From NCBI GenBank assembly GCA_001949185.1, contig BDGG01000008.1, positions 496,001 through 560,000 on the forward strand: a stretch of 64,000 nucleotides of DNA, given 5' to 3'. The translations under genes and the position numbers were made by a program. The stretch is from Ramazzottius varieornatus. Taxonomy: Eukaryota > Animalia > Tardigrada. This document shows, piece by piece, positions 46,515 through 58,280 of the stretch; the stretch's first letter is position 1; each line of letters opens with the position of its first letter. The notes under the pieces are model-generated. The model did no database searches. It was not told the DNA's origin and saw only the letters and a program-made list of their open reading frames with translations.

Positions 46515-46964
46515 ATTCCACTGTGCAGTATGTTGCTGCTTGAAAGCGGAGTAACCCGGTCAGTCGGTGTGGACCGTCCGGTGATCTGGAGGGCGGAGAG
46601 AATCGTTATGATAATTATGGAAAAAATGGTACAATAGTTGGCTGTTGGCTTGAAAGTTCTCTAACTCACCTTGATAGCCGTCTCGACAGTCGCGTACTCA
46701 CAACCAGGAAGACGGATGCGGAGGTAGTCCGACAATAACAACAGCGAATCTGTTTCTGTTTGTCGTGCACTCTGAGCTCTAGAGATCGAGTCCGGACTCC
46801 GGAGTTTGAACTTCCGGTCGTAATTTGGGACTGCAGCTGGAGATTCGTGAGATTGCGATTCTGAGATTTCAGGCGTTTCCACTCATGCAGTCATGTTACG
46901 TCTTCCCCTGATTGGAATCCCAGCTTATCTCTTACTAAGTTGAACGAGAATACTACTAACGAAA

Positions 46965-47042
46965 TGCTAATTTGCTAAACTTCGTGTTGCTGAGTTGATT
47001 GTCAATCAACTCAGCAGCTACGAAGTCTAGCTAACTTTAGCA
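46965..47042. repeat. ~80-bp near-perfect palindrome between the divergent HSD17B12 and FUT genes
   Basis: tgctgagttgattg-t-caatcaactcagca (perfect 14-bp arms), extended by cttcgt/acgaag and gcta/tagc. Confidence 0.85.
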
Positions 47043-47327
47043 GCTCATCAGTGCCGTTGTACATGTCCGTTCGAGTTTCGAGTTCTGGAGTTCTTGGAAC
47101 TTGTAGATTGGTTGCTCTGCAGTCTGGACTATTTTCCTTCCACGTTGGTGAAGTGCGGGAGGTGATGTTCTTGAAATACGGAAAGCAATGTAACGCTTCA
47201 GCTGGACTGCATGAGGAATGGGCTGTAGTAACAGAGGTAAGGGGGACTACAGCACGTGATACAGGTTTTATGATTGTAACTTATGGTTCTTTTCCAGCAG
47301 CGGAAATCGTCCTCGAAGATCTAAACT

Positions 47328-48866
47328 ATGCCAGTAGAAGTTGTTCGTATCCTTGGAAGCCCTACGATTCCGCGAAGAATGTTCCTGTCGCGCGCCTTCT
47401 CCAAATGGGCGATCGGAGGAGTAGCATTGCTGGTCCTCGTCCTATACATTCTGTCGATATATGCCCCATCAGTATCCCCGCTGGCCACATCCTTTCTCTC
47501 ATCGGTTGACCCATTGGTCTCCGGAATAACTGGCGAAATTTCAGCAAGAAAGATGAGTTCTGGCAGCGATGTGAACTTGTTTCCGGTGGATCCGGCCTCC
47601 AATAAACTGGTTCTGTTCTGGACGGCCTTCTTCAGCGAACCTGACTCGCGCGGCGCGATGGGCAGGCAGCTGTTCGCTGGATGTCCCATCAACCAATGTG
47701 AAGCCACGAAGGACCAAGGTACGTTAGAAAGATCGGAAGCGTTCCGAGGGTAATCGATTGATATTTCGGTAGGTCTTGCTGACAAAAGTAGCGCTATCGT
47801 TTTCCACGCGTTAGATATCAACTCTAACCATCTTCCTGGTCCACGAAGGCCCGACCAACATTACGTGTTTCTCCTGGGTGAATCTCCGGCGAATATCTCA
47901 CCGACTCGTATACAAAGTACCCCGGAGAACTTCTTCGACATGACATTCACGTACCTGCTGGACTCTGACGTTCTCGGACATTACGCGTACAGTGTCCCGT
48001 TACAAACAGAACCGACCAACTTCGCCGCCGGGAAGAAGAAGCTGGTCGCGTGGTTCGTTAGTAACTGCCACACTCAAAGCAAACGGGAGGATGTTGTCAA
48101 AGAGTTGCAGAAGTATATACAGATTGACGTGTATGGAAAGTGTGGACCGTTGAAATGCCCGCGAACGTCCGAAGCTTCGTGTAACGCTATGCTGCGAACG
48201 GACTACAAGTTCTACTTGGCTTTCGAAAACAGGTACGATAGACAACTGTCAGAGACAGTGAGCTCGGGAGCAAAGTCGATAAGCTTGTTTTCCGAAGCGA
48301 CGCGCATTTACAGTGTTATTCGCTGGAAGCGTGCGCCACTTGGACCAACGATCATGACCAGTGGGCGTCCCGAGCTCCCAGTTCACTAGTTGTAATTAAA
48401 TATGCTAGAAATTATTGATGTTCGGTCTCATGGGGATTTTACTTGCAGTATTTGCGAAGATTACGTGACGGAGAAGTTTACCAACGCTTTGGCGAACTTC
48501 GTGGTGCCGATTGCTTTTAATGGTGCGAACATGACAATATTTCCTTCCAATTCTTTCATTAACCTGGAGGACTATTCTTCGACCGAAGAACTTGCCGAGT
48601 ACCTAAAGTACCTTGATAAGAACGATACAGCGTATAATGCCCTGATGCAGTGGCGGTATAACTCAACTCTGATAAGCTCAAGCGGCAGGTTCTCTCCTGC
48701 CAGAGGCTCCTGGTGTCAGTTGTGTGAGCGTTTACATGATCCTGGATACCGGTCGACTCCTTACAAAGATGCGTCACAGTGGTTTATGAACAGGGGAAAA
48801 TGTAGGAGTTTACAAAGACCGGTACGCAGTAGCGGGTCTTCAGACAAGGTTTTACGTTCCCCGTAG
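47328..48866 (+). CDS. Alpha-1,3-fucosyltransferase (GT10), 3 coding exons
   Basis: Type II TM anchor; AIVFH; LGESP; VAWFVSNC; IDVYGKCG; YKFYLAFENSICEDYVTEKF alpha3-FucT motif; WCQLC. Confidence 0.93.
48258..48380. mobile_element. Palindromic family copy (FUT intron)
   Basis: gagctcggga...gtgcgccacttgg at 48331...tcccgagctccca. Confidence 0.8.
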
Positions 48867-49134
48867 TCTAAAGTTTTTGACCGAGAACGATTTCCTTAAA
48901 TAACGAGGCAATTTTAGCAGCTGTGATATTCATCGGAATTTTCCCCTAAGATGTGCTCTCTTTCCATTTGTTTACCAGTTGGATTTACTGCAGGTGTTTT
49001 TCTCCGCAACCGGTGTTTGTTTTATCTGCAGCCGACGGCAAGTCTTTGGATTTGATTCGGAGGTTTGTCGTTTGAAGTTGTGACCCGAACGACTAAAAGG
49101 GTTTTACTCGCTCAAACAAAACGCTCCTGTGAGA

Positions 49135-50298
49135 TTAGTTCTCGATGTCGGACAAGCTGATAGGTACACGGCTGGAAAGCTCAACAAGCAGACTCTCAGA
49201 GTCATACAGCTCCATAAACTTGACAAAATCTCTGACATGGTCCAGTACAAACCTGGAAGTATGGTTCGCAACATTAGTATCAAACTCCTTGGAAAAAATC
49301 TGTATAATCTCAACAATCCTAGCTTCTAGTCGACTCCACCGAGATCGAAAATCAAGCTGGTTCATTTTACAAAAGGTCTGCAGTGTGGTGTGTACTGACG
49401 AGCCACGAGCAGGAAACTTGTAATGTAAAAGAAATCCAACCACCAGCGTGAGGTCTGTTTTCAGTTCCTCGTTAATGATCCGCAAGCGACAAAAACTGGC
49501 AACGAGGAGTTCGGTTTCCTCCGCCAGGTACGTACTTGAGGACCGAAGTATCGACAGAACTTCTTCGAAGCTGTGGACGATAACCAAACAACTGCCGTCT
49601 GCTTCTTTCACTTGACCAGGATGCCCAACCGCCTTCTGGAGGTTCATGTAGGCTTTCAAGAGCGAGCTCTTTTGCACTTCAGCGATTTCGGCTAGTTTGC
49701 TCGAAGTGATCGCCAATCCATCCCGTTGGCAGACCCAATATATACAGGCGGCCCCGAGGACCGGGGCAGCTTCATGTGACACTTTGATCTTGGTAGGAAT
49801 TCCGTCTTGTCCCTGCCAAAGCACAAACATTCCGAATGGACAACCGAAGTGACACAACCAGAAGTAACACCATACCTTTCCTTGTAGTCGTCCGTAATGA
49901 CGATTGTTATACCACAGCTCTTTAGCTTCTTTGGTTAAGGACGAATGTAATCCGAGCTTGGCGGATAAATTTTCCAACGAAGCGGAAATGGTTGAGTACA
50001 GAATGGACCCACGGTCTGCCAGAGTACGACGATACGCTTCGCCTTCTTTGCTGTCTTCTTTCCGCAAAGCTGTTAGCAGATGTCGACTCTGGACGGCGGG
50101 ATCTGCCAGGATGGCAGACCAGTGGTCTCCAGATACCGTGTTTCGCTGTTCGAAGTTTTCTCCACTGGATCCCGGGTCTTGAATGGCAGCATCCGCGACC
50201 ACCATCCCGCATTCGGTGCAGACGATCTGACATTCAGTGTCCTCCGTCGTTTCAGTTATGGACTGGCACTGTAAACAGTATGCCGCGCTGGCAGCCAT
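49135..50298 (-). CDS. BRF2: TFIIB-family factor, BRF2-like (TFIIIB 50-kDa subunit)
   Basis: ATG at 50298, then Zn ribbon CLQC...VCTECG; cyclin fold with VLGAACIYWVCQRDGLAIT; probable in-frame 63-nt intron (~49812-49874). Confidence 0.65.
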   Translation of the reverse strand: MAASAAYCLQCQSITETTEDTECQIVCTECGMVVADAAIQDPGSSGENFEQRNTVSGDHWSAILADPAVQSRHLLTALRKEDSKEGEAYRRTLADRGSILYSTISASLENLSAKLGLHSSLTKEAKELWYNNRHYGRLQGKVWCYFWLCHFGCPFGMFVLWQGQDGIPTKIKVSHEAAPVLGAACIYWVCQRDGLAITSSKLAEIAEVQKSSLLKAYMNLQKAVGHPGQVKEADGSCLVIVHSFEEVLSILRSSSTYLAEETELLVASFCRLRIINEELKTDLTLVVGFLLHYKFPARGSSVHTTLQTFCKMNQLDFRSRWSRLEARIVEIIQIFSKEFDTNVANHTSRFVLDHVRDFVKFMELYDSESLLVELSSRVPISLSDIEN

Positions 50299-50613
50299 CC
50301 TGTTGATGGAGATCCGCTGTTCTCGAAGGACGCAGATAGATTTCGAATCCTGAGGACTGGAGGAAACGGAAGTGGAAGCTGGTTCAGCAGTGACTCGTGA
50401 TTCGTGAATAAGGGCTTTCAAAAATAAGGTTCGCTCGGTGGTGTAATTATCCCTATCTTTTTGTTGGCTCCGCCCTCTATTCATTTCCAGCAATCCAACC
50501 AAATTATACCAACAGACTTATTGTGGCAATGCTCATCATTGAGAAAGACGTGGTTTTCTGGTCGGATTCTGCAGAGCACAAGTCCATAAAGAAACGGATC
50601 TTTGAGCAATCAT

Positions 50614-51125
50614 AATTTCCAAACTGCCTTAAATTTGTGGATGGAACTCTGATAGCTTTCGCTAAGAAGCCCAACAGGGAAGGCTCGGACCACTTCAATC
50701 ATAAGTCCAGGTATGGAATCAAAACTCCAATTGCATGTGACGATGTGAAGCGGATCAGGTATTTGACGGCGGGATATTGTGGGTCCGCGCAAGTCAACCG
50801 CGTATTCGCCATTTCCAAGCTCTCCAGGTTTCCTTATGAGTTCTTCAGCGGCGGAGAAAACATACTGGCTGAAAGTACGTACACGAACACTTCCAACGTC
50901 ACTTGCTCCTACAGCAAACTTGCCGCTTTGCGGGAGGAGAAAGAGCAGTTCAACTGTGGACTATCGCAGGTTCGTATCAAGGTTGAACACTGCAATGGTG
51001 TGCTGAACAACATATTCCAGAGCCTGAGGACTACGAGGCGTTCTGAAAGAACGGAAGAACGTTTACTGGTTTCGTGCTTGCCGCATTCTGCACAATCTAC
51101 TGACGCAAGACTACTACAACCCTGA
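50614..51125 (+). pseudogene. Harbinger/HARBI1-like transposase fragment
   Basis: FPNCLKFVDGTLI...KSRYGI...ACDDVKRIRY..AGYCGS...FFSGGENILAESTY...VRIKVEHCNGVL; N-terminus missing, second catalytic Asp position is Glu, C-terminal frame degenerate. Confidence 0.8.
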
Positions 51126-51229
51126 GTGGAATGATGATTCAGAGGAAGAGCAAGACTCGGAAGCGGAAGGAAATCGTTCAGCTATTTAAAGAATGTTGGT
51201 AACTGAGGGAAACCAGAAGAGAGAGTCCA

Positions 51230-52600
51230 TTAAACAAGAGATACGAGATGCACATTTTTACGTGGAATAACTATTGCTGAAGATCTTTCTTCTCTTGCTG
51301 CTGTTTTTTGCTCGCAAGTTAAATTTGTAACCAGAGCTTTGCGGACTGCGCTTCGTCCTGCTTCGGGTTCTAGTCGGTGCGCGCCCGGTGCTCCCGTGCG
51401 TTCTTCGTGCTGATATTCAGCTGCCTTTTCTAGTGCCGGACTTGTTCTGCGGGATATATCGATCTTCTTGGCTTCCAAATCCAGCTTCCTGCACTCGCAG
51501 CCTTCGACTGCCCAGTCGTAGCTGAGGAACTTCCTTTGTGCGGAGAAGGGCTTCTTATTTGCGCTCAGAGTCAATGGAACCTTCTGTTCGGTTTTCTTCC
51601 ACTTTCCGCAGCCTGCTCTAGCCTTGGAATTATCATCTGACGATGAATATGAACCTAGAAGGACTGTTACTGGTTTCTTGTTCGACGTCGAAGCTCCAGG
51701 TTGTGCTGCCGAAAGTTCTAGTGCATCAAGCCTTCCGGATAACGTTCATCAGCAAACATATGGGCTACCATAGACAATACGTCTAGATCGAGTAGGTAAG
51801 CTTCCAGATCCTGTCCGCTGCTCATTAATAACTGCTCTGCATCGTCTGTTGTGTCCGTATTGTCTGCTGCATACGGCGTAACCCTTTTGGGACTCTCACG
51901 GAATACACGATGTGAGCGGCTCCAGAAGGGACAAGCTTGTTCCACCTTATCTAGAAATAGTAGACAGGTAATTAGATTAAGAAAAGATGAAACTTGGGAT
52001 TATGAGCGGTGCACCTCTGCTTGCAATTAAAAGTCCAACTTTCACCACTTCGAAACCCATTGCGCTCAATAAACAATCAAATACCCTCAAGATAAAACGG
52101 AATAATCGCTTGATTGCTTGACAAGTCTGACCAGGCTTTTGGCAGTAAAAAAGCTGGTCAGCAAGTTGATTTACTTGGATAGCCTGAGACTGAACATACC
52201 TTTGTGTGTGATGATCCACTGTTTGATATCTTTTGTCACACCTTCTCCCGGTAAGAGCGCTCAAAGGATGTAAGCTTGAACCTGACAGAATCTACGGACA
52301 CGTTGTCGATGCCATTATCTTTCAAATAATCCACAATCGATCGTGGTACTGCCATCTGCGTGTCATTAGACGTCTTCTTCTGACCGACAGCCGTCTGGGT
52401 CTCAGCGCAGCGCCACTTAGCCCATTTGCCTCGCTCTTCGATCCACTGCAAAAGGCAGTCCTGAGCGGCGGTGTTGGTCATCAAAACTGTGGTCCACGAG
52501 GCTTGGGATTGCGCTTTCGGGTGGCTTCGACGAAAGGAGCACTCGGCCCCAGATGTAACTGCGAACTTGCTGGTTTAGGCCGGATGGGCTGTAGCGGTGG
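51230..52600 (-). pseudogene. Harbinger Myb/SANT-like partner protein, disrupted
   Basis: CLLQWIEERGKWAKWR...IVDYLKDNGI...VRFKLTSFERSY, then CPFWSR...VFRESP and a charged C-terminal coiled region; contains stops and an intron (~51953-52199). Confidence 0.6.
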
Positions 52601-53319
52601 CATGTTTATTTGAGCATCAGAAAAAAGCCAGAACGGTATTAAAGAAGGGAAGACTTGGAGAAAGACTAGATTACAGAAATAGCGTCGGCAAAACGAATCT
52701 GAAACTGCAAATTTCGTCAGCTGTTGGGATTACGAGTCGCTGCGGAGTAGGTCGTAATTACACCGAAAAGTTGGTGGAATGTGAGTTTTGGTGGAACGGA
52801 TGGCCCCATCGTGAGATGCGGGCGGAGCCAATTCCACCAACGGTGGAATCTATCTCTGTAAGCCCTTAAAGTGAACTTGCACGTTTGACCTTCAGTCTCC
52901 CTAGGGGCTAGCCGAGGAAGCCCAGAACGGTTATGCGTTTGCCTGGTCCGCGCCTCACAGACCCACACTACATGGGCAATTTCAAAGACACCGAGGACCG
53001 AGGCGCATTGGGCGGACTGTTCTGAGGACGGTTGATCGTTTGCATAGCCTTCTCTTGCCTGAGTTTTCTCCCCATCCATCGTGCAGCCAAAGATGGCCGA
53101 CACTGGGAATAACTGAATGATTGCGCCCAGAAAAAAAGAAAATTATTCCCATCTTCGGGATTCTGGAAGATTGGACGGTAAGAACCTTGAGATCATCTAC
53201 TCTGTGTAGAAATACTATGTGAAATTGTCATTTAGAAACCGTATCTGTTATGCGTTCTGTTCCGCAGGTGCGAAATCGAGCCCAAACTTATAAGCGAACA
53301 GTTTGGTCTGCTTTCTGCG

Positions 53320-56300
53320 ATGAATGGACATCTGGAGGATATGGGTATCGTATAATGCATCCTGTTCCGCCAACCTGAGAAAGGTAACCTTGTTTCTGTA
53401 TAGATATCGGAGGACAAAAGGGGAACGTGAGACTGCAGGACGGGCTGAGCGACGGCGATAACAATCTGTTCGATCGATCGTATATGAATGGTCATTCGAC
53501 AGGTACGACTAGCGCTCGTTCGTGTCGTTATGTACGGAACTCGTAATCAAGATCTCCTTATTCGGATTTTAGAGAGTGCAGCGGAGGAATCGAGCTCGAC
53601 GAACAACAGCCATCAGGATCAACAGCCTGAGACAGCTGTCTCCGTAGATTCCACGATAACTGACAGCCGGTTGGGAAGCAACTTCACTGCAGCCGGCGCT
53701 GTTCAAATGGATGAATCAATGCCTCAACAGCCCCTCTTTTCCGTTCCTTCGACGGGGCTATACATAAAGAAAACGAAGATTGTCAAAACTTACCAACGCA
53801 TCACTGTTAGTGAACAGTACTACGAGAACGGCACACTTGCCTTTGCTGCTCGACCTGTAGGTTATTCACTTGATATATTGATATACCGAGCTTTCTGAAG
53901 CTAATCTTCACTTTTCGTAGACTGTGCAAGATCGCGAAATGGACTCCAAACAGGATGTCCAGATTCTTCCTTGCGAAGCCGATCAGTTTCAGGACGCCAA
54001 GGCAGAATCTGTCGTAGTGGAAGAAGTGGCAGCTGGCGCACATGGTGCGAATGGAACAAAGCCTGTAATACAGGAGCCCAGCGAAGCAGGTGGGGTTGCT
54101 CCTTCTGTCCTTCATTAGGTCTATGAACTCGTACAGTCTCCGCTCTTCGTGTAGACGACATTTCGTTCGCGGGAAGCGAAGTCCGCTCGAGCAAGAAAAC
54201 CAAAAGCAAGCGTAACATGTCATTGCTTAGCGAGGATGAAGAATCCTCATCGAAGGAAGAGCTCTCATCATCAGCAAAAAAGACCAGGCAGTCAACTGCT
54301 CGTGGAAGAAAACCTATTGCCAACACCAATGCAGAAGTTCATTTCCCTTCAAGTAAGATTCACAAAATTCTAAATTACTTAAAGATATCATAAAGGAATT
54401 CCAAGTTGTCCAACATGGATATTTCAACGTTGATAGTTGGAGCACATGTTCTTGCTGGGTACAACGATAACAAGTACTACTCGGCAAAAATCACTGCCAA
54501 GGCTGGCAGAGCCAAGTAAGTCTCAGTCTCTATATCGAACTGAATTGATCGTTGTCGAATGGGTTGCTTGAAATTGTTGTCTGTTGTAGCACTTTCGAAG
54601 TTCGGTATATGGATACGAAAGAAGACTCTACCGTTCACGAATCGAAGCTGTTGGATCCCGCTGTGTGGCTGAAGGAAGACCAAGCAGTTCTGGTCAAAGT
54701 GAACCGTGAGACGGCAACAGGCGATTACGAAGCAGGCGTCATCCTGGAAGTCCTCCGGGATGATGATAAACTTCCTCGCTACAAAGTCAGGCTTGAAGCT
54801 GACTGCTCCGATAAAACGTAAGTTTGTACCACTTTGTCTTGTACGGTTCTTTCTGCATAGTATGTTGTTACTTTCAGAGTGGAAGCCGCCGATATCGCCT
54901 TGGATGACGATGAAGTTCTGAAGCATAAATTCGACAAAACGTCTGCAACGTCGACGACAGCAAAGAAGGAAAGGAGTACTCCGTCAAAGAGCAAGGCGAA
55001 GTCAGTTTCGCTCGAACCATCCAGAACATTCTCCATAGGTGAGCCAGAATATTGAATGCTATCCGACTAACTGGAGCGGCATTTAGCGTGGAAAGTTAAA
55101 CCAGCACTGATCTCGGAATTCGAACAAACCCTTTTTCAAGTGGCGCACGTTTTCAGTGATAATGGCTGGAAAGATGCGCAGCATGAGAAAACGATCTGGT
55201 CAAATTGGTTTGCCGAGCTCCCAGATTTTCTTTCGCAAGGCGGGACTGAAACTTACCGTCATTTCAGGTGAGATGGTGTACGCGCAGTGGAAGAACTCGT
55301 CGCGCTACTACCCAGGAAAGATTTCGGAGACAACTGATGAGGAAACTTCCAAGTACAAAGTGAAGTACCTCGACGGTGACGAAGAGGCGGTTGCGCCAAA
55401 CGAGATCATTCTGGCTGATGATCTGGTAAAACCCGGGATGGATGCTGAAGTAGAGCGAACTGGCCACCCTTTTTCTAAAGTGAAGGTGAGAGAAGTCAAA
55501 GGTTTGGGAGAAGACATCGAAGCGACTGTCGAACACAACGACACACGTCAAGAAGTGTAAGTCGAACTTTCTGTAATAGAAACACAAGGCTGAATGGAAG
55601 TCAATATGGAAGTCAATATGGAAGTCAATATGTTTTCTTTTCTTAGGGTGCATCTGACCGAGCTGACGTTCAGTTCAAAAGATGCTCGGCGAGTCTTGTC
55701 CGTGAAACCACTTCCGGCTAATCCAGCAGCGCCGCCTCTCTTGTCTCGGAGATCTGATTTGCGAGCTTCGACTCGAACTGCACCTTCGCCTGCTAAGAAG
55801 CCAGAACTCAAGTCCACACCGAAGTCGCCTAAAGTCAAGAAGATGCCGTCCGTTCTGCAAGAAGTCGAGCCTGTCAGTGGTCCCAGCGGTGAACACGAAG
55901 TGGATATGGATCAGGTCTTTCGCATTGGAAAAGAACAGTACTACAAAGGTATTTGGAGCAAAGTATAAATTTAGTTCCCATATAAAATTTCAGAGGTGAT
56001 CGCTGTTTTTTGTGGAATTCAGGAGAACAAGTGTTTGCGCAGTGGGATACCGATCGTCGGTGGTATGCGGCAACCATCGGAGGAGTCCGAGCAGGGTACG
56101 TACTTCGACGAACCGTTGGGATCAACATCCTTGTATTCCGATTCGGTTTCTGGAGATCTTCAGCTTGATTAGAACACAAGCGAAGATTCGATTCATATTA
56201 TTCAATGTTCTTTACAGAAAATATCGAATTGACTGGTGCGAGAATGACCAGGTCAATTACGTGACGCCTGAAGAGGTGGTCCGAGCCAGAGATGTGTTGG

Positions 56301-57840
56301 TGAAGGGCACGAAAGTCAATGTGATCGCGGAAGGCAAGAACTACTACGACGAAATGGTCTTCGAAACTTTCTCTGAGGATGGGAACCACTTGTGTGCAGG
56401 AAAACGAGGCGTCATTGTGCCGTAAGTATACCATCGTCACGCTCCCTCGGCCTCGCTTCGCATGTCAGACGGATGGATTTTCAGGAATCAGTTGACCGGA
56501 TTGTTCTTTTCAGTCGTAAGTTCAACACTATGATGATCCAGAAAGCCGAGATGGAAAACCTGAAGGCCAGGCTGGGATCGGCTGCAAGCGGCAGTTCGCA
56601 GAAGAGCTCGACTTCGGACAAGGAGAAGAGTACACCATCCGCATCAGGACGAAGTAAGTGGAAGTGGACTTTTGATTTTTAGTTGAGCACTTTATGACCA
56701 CCAAAGGCCTAGCCTTGTGTCTCGTTTTCAGAGCGTCAGTTGTCTCCAACGACGGAGCCGTCACCAAGTGCTCGCAATGGTGTGAAGCAAGCCAAGAAAG
56801 CTACTCTAGAGCCAGCGGAAGTTGCAGACCCTACTCCGCTGAAGGACTGCGCCTTCATCGTGACCAGCGGAGCAGAGAAAGATCCTTCTTTTGATCGAGA
56901 ATACTTGATAGGCCAGATTGAGCGCATGGGAGGAGGCGTTCTCAGCGCCTTCGAAGACCTAGCATCGGTTAGTGCTAGTTAAACTTTGGAGACGTAATGT
57001 GCTCGAGACTGTCATGTGTTATTTTGCAGAGCGGGGGCAAGCGGTTCTTGGTGTCGCCCAACGCCTGTCGGACGGCAAAGTATCTGCAGTGCTTGGCTGC
57101 GAACATCCCCTGTATCTCACACAAGTACATCATCGATCTGGCAGCCAGCGGCAAGAGGGATAAGGTCGGCTTCGAGGCTTACCGACTTCCAGCGGGCAAA
57201 TCGAGCAACGCTAACGGCAATAACCAACCCGTCAAATGGTACGTAGCCCAGAAGAAACACGAGGAAACATTCTGTGGATTTCTGAAAGTTATACTGATAG
57301 TCTTTTGTGCTTCAGGAAGCCACGAAAGGCACTGCTGGACAATCTGCGAGTGGGCTTGGTCGGTGGAAGCGGCTTCCAGAATACCTGGATGCCCGCTTTC
57401 AAGGCGGGTAAAGCTCTGCCCACCTTGCTGGAAGAAAAGGACATCAACCGAAATGGTAAGCCAGGATGTCTCAGAAAAGTATTATCATTTTTCGTTATTT
57501 GGGACATGGGCAAATGAGCTGGACCAGAACGCTGTTCCAAGTGGCGTACGTTTCTATGCTTATTGGCTGAAAGTGCGCGCCACTTGGAAAAGCGATTTAG
57601 TTCGAATCATTTGCCCAGGACCCGTCTACTGACTGTGGAGATCTAACGGGGTTTTCTGCAGCCATTCCTGCACTGGACGTTATCGTGGTGGAGGATGCAG
57701 CATCAGCCAAGCTGATCGCTTTGGCGCGGCACAAGAACATTCCGATGGTGACGGTGGAGTGGATCATCCAGACGTTGATCCATGGCGAGAAGCAGGACTA
57801 CGAAGTGTGGCCCTTCCAAGACTCCAACGTAGCGGAATGA
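53320..57840 (+). CDS. TP53BP1: TP53-binding protein 1 homolog (oligomerization motif, 3x tandem Tudor, tandem BRCT)
   Basis: BRCT1 CRTAKYLQCLAANIPCISHKYIID; BRCT2 PMVTVEWIIQTLIHG; Tudor cores VYAQWKNSSRYYPGKI and VFAQWDTDRRWYAATI..AGKYRIDW; OD-like KIVKTYQRITVSEQYYENGT. Confidence 0.85.
55100..55223. mobile_element. Palindromic family copy (53BP1 intron)
   Basis: caagtggcgcacg at 55137; right arm acgatctggtcaaattggtttgccgagctccca. Confidence 0.8.
55594..55632. repeat. 12-bp tandem repeat x3 in a 53BP1 intron
   Basis: (atggaagtcaat)x3 followed by atg. Confidence 0.9.
57500..57624. mobile_element. Palindromic family copy (53BP1 last intron)
   Basis: tgggcaaatga...ttccaagtggcg / cgccacttggaa...tcatttgccca. 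Confidence 0.85.
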
Positions 57841-58280
57841 GTCGTGGACCTAGCGACCTGTAGGACTAATGGGAGGATTTAGTTGTCTCATTTGATAGCG
57901 ATTGTATTCTTTGAACTTTACCCAAACTTCGCGGCGCTTTACTTCGGAATTTCTAACTGGACATTTGAATTTGCTTCTTTGGTTGTTAGGAAGTCTTACG
58001 CTGTAATAGCACACGCTTAGCTTTTGATTTTATCGCTGCGTTAACTACCATACTGCTTTTTGCTGAAGAATTCGTAGCTTTCTCTGCTGAACCCTTTCAT
58101 TTTAGATGTGGACTTCTCGATGGATGTTTTTCCTGTTTATAATTGTTATGGAGTTTCGAATAGGGTAATATTCCACCATCTGTGAACTTTCCTGAGAGTG
58201 TCTACTGCGGAAATCCTGCTTGACACGCTGAATTTCCCGTTAAACAGTTGGTATTGCTGAAACAGGAGGATTTCCAGTAA

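Larger units (their letters stand above)
50412..52865. mobile_element. Degenerate two-ORF PIF/Harbinger DNA transposon
   Basis: TIRs GGGCTTTCAAAAA (50412) and TCTCTGTAAGCCC (ends 52865) flanked by TAA/TTA; DDE_Tnp_4-like ORF on +, convergent Myb/SANT-like ORF remnants on -. Confidence 0.85.

Noticed and set aside
50299-50502. N-terminal extension of the 455-aa BRF2 ORF
   Set aside because: It starts at a non-ATG codon and runs through the Harbinger TIR; the Zn ribbon follows the ATG at 50298.
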